A stretch of DNA of 64,000 bases from the NCBI GenBank assembly GCA_964016885.1, contig OZ024742.1:68324001-68388000 (forward strand), written 5' to 3'. Source of the DNA: Eledone cirrhosa (lineage: Eukaryota). Positions 1-12,901 of this stretch are shown piece by piece. Position numbers and translations under genes: made by a program. Position 1 is the stretch's first letter, and each line of letters begins with the position of its first letter. The notes under the pieces are model-generated. The model was not told the origin of the DNA and ran no database searches. It saw only the letters and a list, made by a program, of their open reading frames with translations.

Positions 1-376
1 TTTCTCCGCAGATTCGTCCGTTTTTATTTTCATTTTTCCTTCCTTCTCTATGACGTTAGTTGGGAAGGAAGGGAGGACTAAAGCGTGCGAGCTTACAACT
101 CTTACCGCTGTCCCCCCACCACTATTTTCGTTCGCTGCGTTTAACATTTCTGTTAGACGATTGAAATTTTTTACACAAAATTTTTTTTTTTAAAACAGGT
201 TTTTCACCTCTAGGAGGGGTAAAGATGAGCTGACCCACCGCCTGACAGTTCAGACGGAGGGTCAAGCTACACAATTGTATCAAAATTAAGTTTGAACTCA
301 TAAAATTTCCTCAATAAATTTGAACAAAACTTCTGTGCGAAGTGAATGACATCCACACTGTAGAACAGACGACAGC
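1..376 (-). mobile_element. Probable 5'UTR of a Tx1-like LINE related to the 7837-13218 element, running off the left edge
   Basis: 200-272 (ttttcacctctaggaggggtaaag...tgacccaccgcctgacagttcagacggagggtcaagctacac) parallels 13050-13120 (ttttacccccaaaaggggtaaaa...taccttcgtctacaaacttaggcgggaggttaattcacac). Both lie about 100 bp from a (GATA)n junction in the same orientation. Confidence 0.55.
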
Positions 377-384
377 TAGATTAT

Positions 385-491
<107 letters not shown>

Positions 492-2549
492 GGATGGAAT
501 GATTGATTGGTTGAATGATTGTACACATATATAAGAGCACAAACACAATATACATTGACCTCCACCACAACATAAACACGTATAGATATACACTACAGAA
601 ACACGCACAAACAGCACACAAAGTAAGACACGTCCACATACAATACACAAATACATACACAATAGTACGGTGGAATCAGGAAGATGACCTATAAAAATTA
701 AATAGCAGGTTATAAACGATAAATCGATAGTTTGTTAGTTATTAAATCCCTACTCTATCACGCCTCCAAAAAGCAAAACTAAACGAACGAAAGTCTTCGA
801 TGCCAGCCTTATCAGTGTTGCCAAGATAAGTAATGCCACTGGCCTATCATTATGGTAAAATGCCTCAGGAAAACATAAGTCAAATGTATAGAGTAACAAT
901 ATTATTCTAACCTTGTACGCCAAAAAAGGAAAAATTAATAGTATGATCTAGAGAAAGCCTAAAATCTTCTATTTAAAGGTTTTTCTCGATACAAAAAGTA
1001 TGATATTATATTTCAATGCCAATTCTTCCATATAAATCTTGGTGAAAACGTGTCTTATCTATTAATGTTATGATCATGTTTTCTACAATTTCATGTGAAC
1101 TTCTATTGCCTCTTCTGTAGCTCCTCGGTGTTGATGAGGTGCTTCTAGCATTTTATTTTGGTGAAAGTTTGAGGATAATTGTATGTTACACCTAAATTAC
1201 TTTATTGTAGGTGTATGGATGTGTGCATGTTGTGTTGCTTTATTGTTTCGTTTATTTGTTATGTAGAATGTATTGTGAGAGTAGTGCAATTTTATTTATC
1301 ATGTAAAATACGTGTTAGCTATTTCATTGTATGGTGATTGTGTTAGATTACTAAGTGAGTTAGTTATATGTAAGAATTGATGGTAGATGTGTAGAAAGTG
1401 GGCTATCTATAATTTATGTCGCGTTATAGGATAAGATGCTGTTTTTAAGTCATTATACTTTTACAGTTTGTTTATTTCTTTTCGTGTCATATTTTGATCA
1501 CAAATGTTCAGACTTCTTCTAGAGTATATACTCATTTCTGTCTCTTATCATCACTAGTTCTTTATATTTTTCTTTCTTTTTCTCTTCGTTTCTATTTTTC
1601 ATTCTCTTTTTTCTACTTTACTTCGATTATTAAACCGAACTTTAAATTTTTATTGGATATTTGTGATATTTCTTAATTCTAATAATTTTCTAATTTATTT
1701 TCATTAATTTGTTTTCAACATACATCTACAATGCACACGTTGCTCGTATGAGTTCCATTTCCTTATAGTATTGTTTTTGTTTGTTTCTTTTTGTTTTTGT
1801 CAAGTTTGAAATTCGAGATGCATTGCGATAATGATATTTTAATTCTATCTCTGGATTTGAAGGAATTCATTTATTTTGAGTACCAGTTTTTAGTATTTGA
1901 CACACAGCCTATGCCATCTAATAGATAACTACATATTATATAATACGTATAGTAAAGCAGAAGCTTTACTCTATAAATAACACTATATATACTATGCAAA
2001 TATTTACATGGTATATAAGTCAATGAGGGTGAAGAGCTCGGCACTAGAAAATTTACTTGCTTCCCAAAATAGTAAGATTTCTCCTGCAAACTGTCTTCAA
2101 AATGAACATATAGATAATACACTGCTAGATATCTTAATAAAATCAAGCATGATCGTAGTTAGAACGAATTTAAGACCGAACTGATGCTAAACAATACCAA
2201 AAACAAAAGGAATAACAAAAACGAATCCTTTTTAATTTGAGATTCTTTTATTTACATAAAAATAAAGGAGATTTCACCGAAGATCTCAATTTCTGTAGAG
2301 CACAGTGTATGTTATTAGCATCTTGACACCACAAAATCTATAAAGTGATGTCGGTAACCAGCTGTAACCAATTCAATTCAATTAGGAATATATTTATCTC
2401 CACTAATCTTTATAATTGAATTATTTTAATTTAATTTAAGCAAGAGAAGATCAATATATTTTTTGATGTTTCCAGTATATATGATGATTGAAAGTCTCTG
2501 CCACCTCTTTTGTGTATTTAGTTAAGATAATGTAATATTTCTGCTGACT

Positions 2550-4850
2550 GTGTTTCAACACCACGATGGTCCAATAAAGAAGGATAAAATAAAATTAAAA
2601 CAGATATCCTTAGCAACCTATGATGTGTTGACACTGCAACAAACGGAAAAGTTCGATCAACTGACTAGACACGCATCTTCTCTTCTCGTTGACACCATAG
2701 CAGTTCAAGAACACCATATGATCACCAATTTGGATATCCATCAGTTGCACCGCGATGGTGGGGAGTTCCTCTTCATATTTTATTCAGCGTCCAACCACGA
2801 GTTGGGAGGTGTTGGAATATTGATTAGGAAGGAATACGTCTTTCATCTTACGTCAGAAAAAGTCAATGACTGTATTGTAAAGATGCACTCTGCTGAAAAC
2901 CCAATGGTAACCATATTCTCAGCATATGCGCCCACTGAATTTCGTCGGCTGAAAACGAAGATCAATTCTACCAGGACCTTCAGAAAACAATTATAAAGGA
3001 GCCACTACACAACGCACACATAGGAAAGGGTGCCAATGCATCACATCCTCAATACATAGCTCAATACACTTATCATGATAAAACCAATAACAAGACAAAA
3101 GATTTGTTGTTATTTGCCAGCAAACAAATAAAAGACAATTACAATCCTGCTTCCCTCAAACACTAACCGGATGAAAAGCTCAGGTTGACCACAGTTTTAC
3201 AAATTCCAAATGGGTGAGATCAGTTACTAATTGTCGAGTCTACAACACTCTGGAGCTTGGCTCAGATCACAGAGTTGTAAGTGCATGTTTCAACATCCTA
3301 TTTAGTAAATCGAAAAGAAGACCTTCAAAACAACTTGACAAAGGTTATCGAGGATGTCGAAACTCGAAGAATTTACTAGCTTTAGATGCAAAACCTTTTT
3401 GAAGCCATTGCCGAAGAAAGCGATACAGAAACAGTCTATGCAATTACAGTCAACATAACTGGAGAAGCAACACAACAGGCGATTGGCAATTCTCTCAAAA
3501 GGGGTGGAAATATGTTGGTAACGACCACATGCCTAGTAGCAGAACAAAATAAAGCTAAGAAGACATATTATCAACAGAAAACCTAGGCATTAGAGCAACG
3601 GTAGAAAAACCTGAACAATAGGTAGCAAACCTCTGATAGGCCAACAGAGAAAATGCCTCATGGGACGGCTGGAAAATTATAGACGAATTAAACACTGCCA
3701 AGTCACCATGCCCTGCAGGTAAGGTGAAGAAATCAAATGGGGCCATTATCAAATATCCAAGCGAACTTTTTAAAGAATCTACTAAATGCACCACCAGTCA
3801 TATCAACTGGATAAATTCACCCGTTGAACACTATTTCAACATTAACACAACGGATTTTACTAACGCTGAAATAGAGGCGAATATTAAAGTCTTGAATAAT
3901 TACAAAGGCCCTAAGTTTCATTTGCAACATAACTGCAGAAGCATGGTCGAAAACCAACTAAAGCCACACAACTGACTGAAGGGTGACTGCATGAAAATAA
4001 TGAATTACAGTGATCACTCTAATAAAGATAGCAGCCAATGTATATTACACGTTGCTTTTAGTTGAATCAGATATGAGATAAATAATAGACTCAGAGTAAA
4101 TCAGGCTGGTGTCGTGCTAGACAGATCATGTGTTGAACACATTCACACTCTGCGCAGTATATTAGGATGCTGTGATGCAAATAACCTTCCTTTAGTAGCC
4201 GTTTTCGTGGGTTATAACGTTTCGATTAAATAGATTGAAGTATTCTTTTCAGAATCTTGAGGCACTATAGTGTTCCTGAAAGCCTAAGTCATCAAAATCC
4301 TAGGCGGAACAGCACCTGAGATTTTTAGTATCTACGGTCTTTTCTCAACAATACTATGCCTGGACAGCCTTTTGAAAATTGGTAAATATCTGGAAGTCGA
4401 GTATCGCCACCCCAACCAAAACTCAGTGAAAATTAGTTCCTGTCAAACTCAGTGCTTGGGGATCATATTTAACACCAGCAGAATAAACCATATCACCAAC
4501 TATTACATATATGAGCATACAAGCACTTACCCACTAGTTAACAGTTAGCTATCGGCACTTATTCAATGGACATTCTATTAGACGAAGCGAGGAAGATCTG
4601 ATCTAGTGAACTATCAGAAATTTCTACAACATGGACATAGAAGTAGTGGCAAACAGAAAGCAACCAATATGAAGTATATTACTTGTCGTCTTATTCCGAA
4701 TGTACAACTATAGAGAATTTTAAACGGAAAGCTGACATGAACAGAGAAGCATGGGGATCGGGAGCTATGGACACGTTTCTCAATAACAGGATGAGACGGA
4801 ACCAACTTGGATGATGACATTTGATATTATTTTACTATTTTACTATTTTA
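2550..4850 (+). mobile_element. Decayed RTE-like LINE (APE endonuclease + RT remnants)
   Basis: APE motifs AVQEHH, GVGILI, FSAYAP and GSDHRVV; RT-type NQAG..RSCVEHIHTLRSI near 4100-4165; many stops and frameshifts. Confidence 0.8.
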
Positions 4851-4851
4851 C

Positions 4852-5191
4852 GGGCCTTGCCATTCTGAGTTCAAATCCCGCCGAGGTTAACTTTGCCTTT
4901 CATCCTTACGGGGTCGATAAAATAAAGTACCAGTAATGTACTGGTAATTGCTGGCCATGTGCCAATAGTAGAAACAATTATTTTACTATTTTACTAGGAG
5001 CGGTGGATTGGCAGTATCGGTAGAGGGTCGGACGCCAGGCTTTGACGCATAGAGTTACGGCCCTTTCCATTCTCAATTAAAATACCGCCGAGGTTAACTT
5101 TGCCTTTCATCCTTACAGGGTTGATAAAATAAAGTACCAGTAATGCACTGCATAATTCCTGGCCTTGTGCCAAAAGTAGAAACAATTATTT
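4852..5191 (+). mobile_element. Two tandem copies of tRNA-derived SINE family S1 (first is 5'-truncated)
   Basis: A-box tggcagtatcgg (second copy), B-box gagttcaaatcc (first copy), core tttgcctttcatccttacggggtcgataaaataaagtaccag, end agtagaaacaattatt; attattttactatttt recurs at all three junctions. Confidence 0.9.
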
Positions 5192-5671
5192 TACTATTTT
5201 CAATCGTTATACACTGGGCATATATATATATATATATATGATAATAATGGAGCTGCGGCGTTGCAAATGGGTTACATATAAAAAAGGGGGGGAGTCCTTC
5301 ATCAGTGACCCTCCAACCGTCCCAGGCATTTCATCGCTTTAAGGGCCATATGCCTCAGGTTGGTGCGAACAACGGCTAAAAAAAGTCGTTGGGACACGTA
5401 AATAAAGAGAACGTTAGGGTGAACAAACAAAATGGTTTAAGCAACAGAAAGTGAGAGGAAAGAGACAAGTCCCAGATTTCTATGAATATAAACTCGATAA
5501 AATCGTGAACTACTAGAGAATAAAGACCATCAGACCTGGTTGAAATGTGAGTAAGGAAGGAATTTCGCACAGGTCTAACGGGAGGAAGAAGAAGAAGGGG
5601 TCTGGTCTGCGAATTCGGTAAACATAAGTTTTGTGAAGACGCAGACGAGAGATATATATATATATATACAC

Positions 5672-5830
5672 TCGAGGTGTGTCAGAAAAGTTCCAGGACT
5701 GATGTTACAAAAGATTTATTTCAAACCCAAACTTCACACTAAGAGTTTTCTCCTTCAAAGTAATCCCCCTGGAGTCTAATGCACTTTTCCATCCTTTTCT
5801 GCCACGCTTGCAAGTTCGAATCCTTCCCGC
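5672..5830 (-). mobile_element. Mariner transposon right end (transposase C-terminus + TIR)
   Basis: Minus strand reads KCIRLQGDYFEGEN, a typical mariner C-terminus, followed by TIR-like cgaggtgtgtcagaaaagttcc near a TA run. Confidence 0.75.
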
Positions 5831-6312
5831 AGCGATTTATTTTACCTTATTTTACGGGCGTATGTGTAGATTTTTATATTTTAATTCAGATGGGTTCTAG
5901 TACTAGGGAATTAGAATGTGTATGTTGCACTTAATATGCTTGTATGTATGTGGATTTCTGACTCTCCCCCCCCCCCTACAAGTGTGCATGTGTGAGAGAG
6001 TGTTTGTGAAAGAGAGAGAGAGATAGTGTTGATATGTTGTATTTGTTTGTTATGCAATGTAGTAGTCCAAAGGTTGTCGCGGGTGCCTATGTGTGCTCGG
6101 AGGGGCATACGATTAGTTATTGTTACTCTGATAATGGATTGCCTGGATGAAGGTTGTCGGGTTTTTTCTGCAATTGGATTGGTTTTATGATACCTACCTA
6201 TTTGGGAGTTATCTTGTATGGCTTAGGTGTCCGTAGTGCAACTTGGGTTGGTGTATACAAGGCTACTTGTGCGCAATCAAAGGTACGTATATTTCTATGG
6301 TGTCGTATGATG

Positions 6313-6313
<1 letters not shown>

Positions 6314-6405
<92 letters not shown>

Positions 6406-6415
6406 TGTGTGTGTG
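6314..6415. repeat. (GT)n microsatellite
   Basis: Direct reading; similar arrays at 16125-16227, 42692-42768, 53078-53221, 60551-60690. Confidence 0.98.
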
Positions 6416-7541
6416 CATGGTGTCGTCTGCACACAGGGTGTTGGCTCAGGGTGCGGTATTGTGGAAATCTGTTGGTGGATTGTATTTAGAGTCATGCTCG
6501 TGTGTGCATGTGTACTGTATGGACCTATAGGTATGTATGCCAGTATAAAGGGATGATTGCGTGTACATATGTACTGGGTGTGTATCTACGGGTGTGCACA
6601 ATTAATGTTGGGAAATATCTTAAACTCCTCATGTAGTAATAGAAAAGGTTAATCAGGGCTTGCTCAGAGAGGATAAGCATCATTTGCAATGCTTTCAACA
6701 CCGTCCACACTTAATCTTCATCCATTATTCCTATATTGAGAGAGCAAGCCTACCAGTGCGTGTGAGACGGTTTTTAACCATTCGCGCATCTTGAACAGGT
6801 TCGATTTCTGACGGCTCCTGCAAGGTCATGTTCATAGAATTTAGCTGAGACAAATTAGTACCGTCAGACAAAAGTCATCCAAAAATTGTCCAAAATACCT
6901 AAACTAAAAATGATCAAGAGGAGACAATTCAGATAGGGTAGAATCACACCTCGGCTATCATCCCTAATATCTTCCCCTAGTTCTCTATAGCATGTGATGA
7001 TTGACTTTCCGCTGATCACATAGTCTAGCTGGTAAAATGCTGTCAAAATCTGATAATTTTTTAATTCCAAAGGCCCAACCACGGTTTACGCTTGACCCAG
7101 GACTGTAGTTTGGTCAAGAAGAGGAACAGCGTAAAGTGTCACAGGTATAGTAACGGTGTTTCTCGTTCAAGTATATCTGCAAATGTGCCAATCTCAGTGT
7201 TTGCCTGTGCATCATTATTGATCGCATACAGACGACCTCGTGTTTTGGAGACTAAAATAATTGAACCTTCTGGCCAGTGGAATGTATACCATCCCCAAGA
7301 AGCAAAATAGCAATAATAATGTCTATTTCTTCAATAGTATTATTAGTAACTCATGTATTATATAGATGGATATATAGAAAGAGAAATATATAAGTCGGGA
7401 GGCAGGGAAACAGATACATACATGCATGTGTGGAAGGCAAACCTGTGAGGGCATATATGTGTACACATAGTTAAATATGGGGATACGTAACTAGATAGAT
7501 CGATAAAGAGAGAGAGTGTGTGAAATTGGGGGAGAGAGCGG

Positions 7542-7619
<78 letters not shown>
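7542..7619. repeat. (GATA)n microsatellite
   Basis: Direct reading. Confidence 0.97.
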
Positions 7620-7808
7620 GTTACAGATTTTGGCCAAGGTGCTAGCAAAGAGGTTGGCGCTTGTCGTGGGCAACCTGGTGGGAGATGCGCAGACATGCGC
7701 TATCCCGTCCAGGTCCATCCATGACAACCTCCACCTCATGCGATACATCATAGAGAGGGTTGGGAACGAACCCGGCTTTGGTGGGGAATGGTATCCTAGA
7801 TGCACGCT
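7617..7808 (+). mobile_element. Short Tx1 RT fragment in opposite orientation, between GATA arrays
   Basis: Encodes AKVLAKRLALVVGNLVGDAQTCAIPSRSIHDNLHLMRYIIERVG, matching 9745-9910 (minus). Confidence 0.9.
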
Positions 7809-8054
7809 GATAGATAGATAGATAGATAGATAGATAAGTTTCTATTTATTTGCCACAAGGGCACAAAAGAAAGGGACAAATACAAGGGGGTGGGGGAGTT
7901 TACATACAATAAAACGAGTACAAAAATATAACAAATAAAATGAAACAATCGAAGTCCTCAATGGGGAGGGGGCGTTTTGGGGTCGCACACACCCCCGAAA
8001 AAATGTGCAACCCTCCTCCTCGGGAGCACAAAAAGAGGGCGCTCCCTTCTTCCT

Positions 8055-11000
8055 CTACCTTTTTCGCCTACAGCCTGATATAGAGAGAAGCCCATTCACA
8101 CGGGCCATTCTCGCTACTTTCACCCACCTTTCATAAAACTGGCTGGGGTGGAGCACCTCTCTCTCCATCTTGATCCTTCTTCCGAAATGGTATCGGAAGA
8201 AGAGGACCAGTTGTTGGCCGGAGAGAAAGGTGTCCGACCTCAGCCCTTTCAATCGTGTCCACCATATAACCTCTTTCACGATGGCTATTACGCACAGAAA
8301 CACCACCTCTCCTTCATTTTTGAAGGAGGAGGCGGCTTGATCGTTACAATAGACTCGGTGGTCAACCGGATTGGTCCCACCCGTGACAGCATCGTTCGAC
8401 ATAGCCCCGCAGATTGGCGAAGCCCGGGCATTGTACCAATGCGTGCGCAACGGTTTCCTCGTCGCGCACGCATCTGGGACAGATCTTTTTCGAGAAGTCC
8501 CTACCCGGGCGCCCGTGTCTGTAGAGCTTTTCACGAACGGGCAGAGCCCCTCGGTGGCACTGCCAGGCCATGGACCTCTGGAAGTTGTCCAAAGATCCCG
8601 GCCGAAATGTCCTACTGAGCAGGCTCGCCAGTTCGTCTTCCTCCATGACTAGGGCTTCTCCAAGGGCGTCGTCGCACCTGCTGCGCACCAGCCTTCTATA
8701 GAATGTCGAGGTGGAGTCTCCACTGATAGCCAGGTCCGCCCGCCAGAGAGCCGTGAGCGCTTGGGCACACTCAGTGTGCCAGGTGCCCAGTTTTCTCGGT
8801 CTTTACTTGACCCAGGATTGCAGCTCGGTGAGTGAGACGAGTCTCGGAAAGGTTCGTCTGACAAACGGAGCCCACACCGGTTGACCGGTGAGGAATGCCT
8901 GGAGGTACCGTAGCCTTAATGCGTGTTTACGCATCAGCATCCACGGTATCCTCAGCCCTCCTTTCGAAGGGTGTTGACAGCAGATGGATCTCCTCACCAA
9001 AGGTGCCAGCTTCTTCCAAAGGAATTGGAAGAGTGCGCGCTCCAATTTGGTGAGCGTTTCCCTTTGTCAGGCAGTAGTAGATGACGGACGCTATATAAGT
9101 GTTCTCCACCTCCACCCGACCTTTCATGGGTAGTTTGCACTCGGCCCATTTCTGGGTCAGTGCAAACACCATGTTCGATAAATCACCCCAGTTCTTCTCC
9201 ACCTGGAGGTCTGGTCCAAACCAGACCCCGAGCAACTTCACCGGGCCCTCCGTCCAGCGTCTGACGACGCCATCGGAGGGCATCGGTTTGCCCCTCCACG
9301 TGCCGAGTTGCAAACCGATCGACTTGTCCCGGTTCAGCCTAGCCCCTGTAAACCTCCCATACTCCTCCAGTAAGGTGCCGATCTCCCCGATTTCCGAGGT
9401 GGTCGACACCATTACTATTACGTCATAGGCGTAGGCCGACACCGCTTTCCGCAATCCCGGTTCCAAAGGGATGCCCTGCAACAACTCCAACTTCCGCAGC
9501 AGTGGCTCGAGGGCCTATACATACAGAAGAGAGGAGAGAGGGCACCCCTGTCGGATGGACCGCGTGATTTCGAACGACTCCGAGAGGTAGCTGTTCACCT
9601 TGACTCTAGAGCAGATGCGGCTGCTGTGCATGGCAGTGATCCAGCCCCTGAAAACGGGTCCGAAACCTGCCGCCGCTAGCACCGCAACCAGGTAACAATG
9701 GTCGACCCTATCAAACGGCTTAGATTGATCCAAGATGATCAGTGCCCCACCAAAGCCAGATTCATTCCCTACCCTCTCTATGATGTATTGCATGAGGTGG
9801 AGGTTGTCGTGAATGGACCTGGACGGGACAGCGCATTTCTGCGCATCTTCCACCAGGTTGCCCACGCAAGCGCCAACCGCTTTGCTAACACCTTGGCCAA
9901 AATCTTTAACTCCGCATTTAGCAGAGTTATGGGCCTAAAATTGCTAATCTCATCCCCCGTCTCATTCTCCCGTTCTGTTGCCAGTTGCAGTAGACCGCCT
10001 CGAGGAGATCGGAGAACAAGTCCGGCATAGCTAAATAAAGTTCGTATGGAAGACCATCGAGGCCCGGGGATTTGTGTTTGCCGCATTGGCTCAGCACGTC
10101 CCCTATTTCAGCAGCTGAGATCGGCCTCTCGCAGGACTTCGCCTCCTCGTCCGAAAGACACGGCAGGCGGTCGAGGAATGGACCGACGTCCACATCCCCA
10201 TCCGGCCCCCCGTCCCTCCCGAACAATCGGGCAAAGTGCCTTTGAAAGGTCTCACACATCTGCTTAGGTTCAAGGATCACCCGTCCATCCTGGTCTCGCA
10301 AAGACCGGATAGTGGATCTAATCCCTCTTTTGGCTTCTGTCACGTGGGCCCAGCTAACAGCTTTGGTCTCCTCGTTTCCTAGAGCACGTATTTTGCTTCG
10401 GACAACGTAGCCTTCGGGCTTCGCGTAAAAGAACTGGCCCAATGTCGTTCTCGACGCTAGCGCACTAGCCACGTCGCCGCTTCTAATTGCCTCTTCTACA
10501 TTATCTACCAACTCCCTTTTCTTCCTATTTCTATCTGAGGCTAACTCCTTACTAAATCCTATTGAAACTACTCTAATCTTTTTTTTTTAGAGATCCCCAC
10601 CATCTGCTGTTGACGATCGCTCCCGTCAACCGCTCCTTAACTAAAGTACTAATCCGGTCCCTGTACACTTTACTTGCCGATAAGGACAAGTTCAGTTTCC
10701 AGTAACTGGGTCCCTGTCTCTGGGTTCTATCAATGTTAAGTATGCAGGTCACTAATTTGTGATCCGAATAGACAACCATGAGCATCTCTGGACAGCTTAA
10801 AAGGTCCCTATCCTTATTTCTAACTAGGACCCTATCTAGGTACGACCTAGATGATCCGCTGCGGTTCGCCCAAGTCCAAGTTGGCGCAGTCGGAAAATCT
10901 AGTCTATATCTATCGGCCAGGTCAAATCGGACGATTAACCCCTTGAGGCTGTTTCACCCCCCCCCCCCCCCCCCAGCAGAACGACAACCCCTCCCCCACT

Positions 11001-11196
11001 TCCGGGCTGACTGAGAAATGCGTGCATCTCAAAGTCGTCAAAGGTGGGGGGCTAGCTGGCGCACGCTGCTGATCCGGGCCTCGCAAATGACCATCACATT
11101 TATACAGCGTGACCTGGGGTCATTTAGAAGTTTTGCCTGCTTCCAATATGAGCCCAGGCCAGACACATTTAGACAAGCCACTGTCAATACAGCCAT
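8055..11196 (-). pseudogene. Tx1 ORF2 (APE endonuclease, RT, C-terminal zinc finger), frameshifted
   Basis: MAVLTVACLNVSGLG (APE start), YSDHKLV, YWKLN, KSPGLDGLPYELY, NFRPITLLNAELKILAK, LDQSKPFDRVDH, SIRQGCPLSSLLY, SAYAYDV (YADD mutated), CPRC..DEETVAHALVQC. Confidence 0.92.
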
Positions 11197-11892
11197 GTTG
11201 GTGGTAAAGAGAAAAAGGAGGCACCTACCTCTCTGCGTCCTGAGGACCAGGCCGCACAATTTACATGGGAGTGGGGGAGGGGTTGAATGGTGGGGTGGAG
11301 GTTTGTGGTAGTGTGGGGGCATCAGTGTGTGGTGGGGTTGGGGTGTTTGGAGTTGTGTGGGTGTTTGGGGAGGGGGTGGGGAATTTTTTTAGGAGGACGC
11401 GCTTAATGGGTCCAACGCAGGGGGGGGGACGTCCTCTTTAAAATTGTCCCTTAAAATGTTGTATATGTCCTTGGGACTTTTATCATTTTGAGGTGGGAAA
11501 AATCCCCTGCCTGGGTGAAGTAAGGCCCTTCGGTATTTACCAAATTGTTATTATAAATAATGTTCAACAGTTTTTTGTTTCTTGTGTTTATGTATGTGTA
11601 TGCATATTTTTGTTTTTGTGTGGTGTTTTTTGTTTGCTGTTGTTGTGTGTTCTTTTGTGTTGATGTCTGTGTTATGTTTTGGGGTGGGGTTGTTTTTATT
11701 TGTGTGCCTGAGGTGTGTTTTCTTTTTTTTCTTTTAACTTTTTGGAAATGCTCCCCCTCGTCTGACGACGAACGGGGGTCGTCTTCCGTGTTGGAGGGGA
11801 GGGGTAAATTTTCGGGTAGTGTTTGCGGTGTGGGTGCTTTGGAAATTGTTTTTTGAGCGGGGGGGATGGGTTGGACAGTGTTTTGTTTTGTG

Positions 11893-12901
11893 TTAACTTG
11901 TGGTTGTTGTTTTTTGTAGTGGTGGTGGTGGTGATTGTGTTGGTTGTGTAGTTGTTGGTGGTGTGGGCAGAATTGGAGTTTTCTTTTTAAGTTGAGGACA
12001 AACAGCCCTCAGGTAACTTCTGGTTGAACAGAGGTAACACGAGGGCCGCCTACCTTCAACGGTAATGTTTATAAAAGTTTGGTCATCAAGTATGACGTGT
12101 TCAGGGATCTGGGCGATCCTTTCGGGCCTCATTTGAACTAAACGTTCGAGGCCCGTTCCACTGAACGCGTCACCTGATGCCTTTCCCATGGATATCAATA
12201 TGTCATCGTTCAGGTCAAGAAAACCTGTTAACACCCACCATATGTCCATAATTGGAAGAATGGTGTGTATTTTTATTTTCTGTGTCCTTCTACCCATGTA
12301 CGTAGGGTAGAAGGTGTATGCGGTGGATGTAATAGGTTTTACCGAAAGTTTTTTTGCCGTGTCCTGGTCCTTCATGAGAATGGATAGACTCCCATAGAGT
12401 CTATCCTTTTGTATGAACAGAATGTCTTTCATTACATCTTTTAAAACCAGCTCTATGTCACTCTGTGATGGTTGAGCTGGTCCTTTCGTTTTATTTAACA
12501 GTGTCCTAAACATCACTGTGTTTAGGACTCTCTGACCTTTTAGTTCCGGGGGGGAGTGGATCGAAAATGATCCATTTTCCCCGTATACTATGTATTTTTT
12601 GGCTTCTGCCAGTAGCTCCTTAGCGTTGCTTATGTCTACTGGCAGGTATTCAAAGTTGTTGTTTTTTTTTTGTAGTTTGGACAAAGGAAACCTTTCCATT
12701 ATCCTTGTACCCGTTGTTTTCTTTTTCGTTGCTTTTTTCTATTTTTTCTGTGTTTTCTTTGTCCATGTTGATGTTGTTTTGCAGTTTCTGTGTGTTTGTG
12801 TTTTTGGTGTTTGTGTCATTTGTATTTTCATACAATTTCATGTTAACATTTTGGGGGTTTTTACCCACATTTTCACAATTTACAGTAGAAACATTGTGCA
12901 T
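11893..12901 (-). pseudogene. Tx1 ORF1 (gag-like nucleic-acid-binding protein), frameshifted near the poly-T at about 12660
   Basis: Upstream of ORF2 on the same strand; ITVEGRRPSCYLCSTRSYLRAVCP is a degenerate CCHC knuckle; P/T-rich tail. Confidence 0.8.

Noticed and set aside
780-1300. Possible very old PLE/HHR remnant
   Set aside because: Only isolated motif fragments; stems could not be built.
6680-7310. Possible host exon or transposase fragment
   Set aside because: Stops in the frames read and no recognisable motif.
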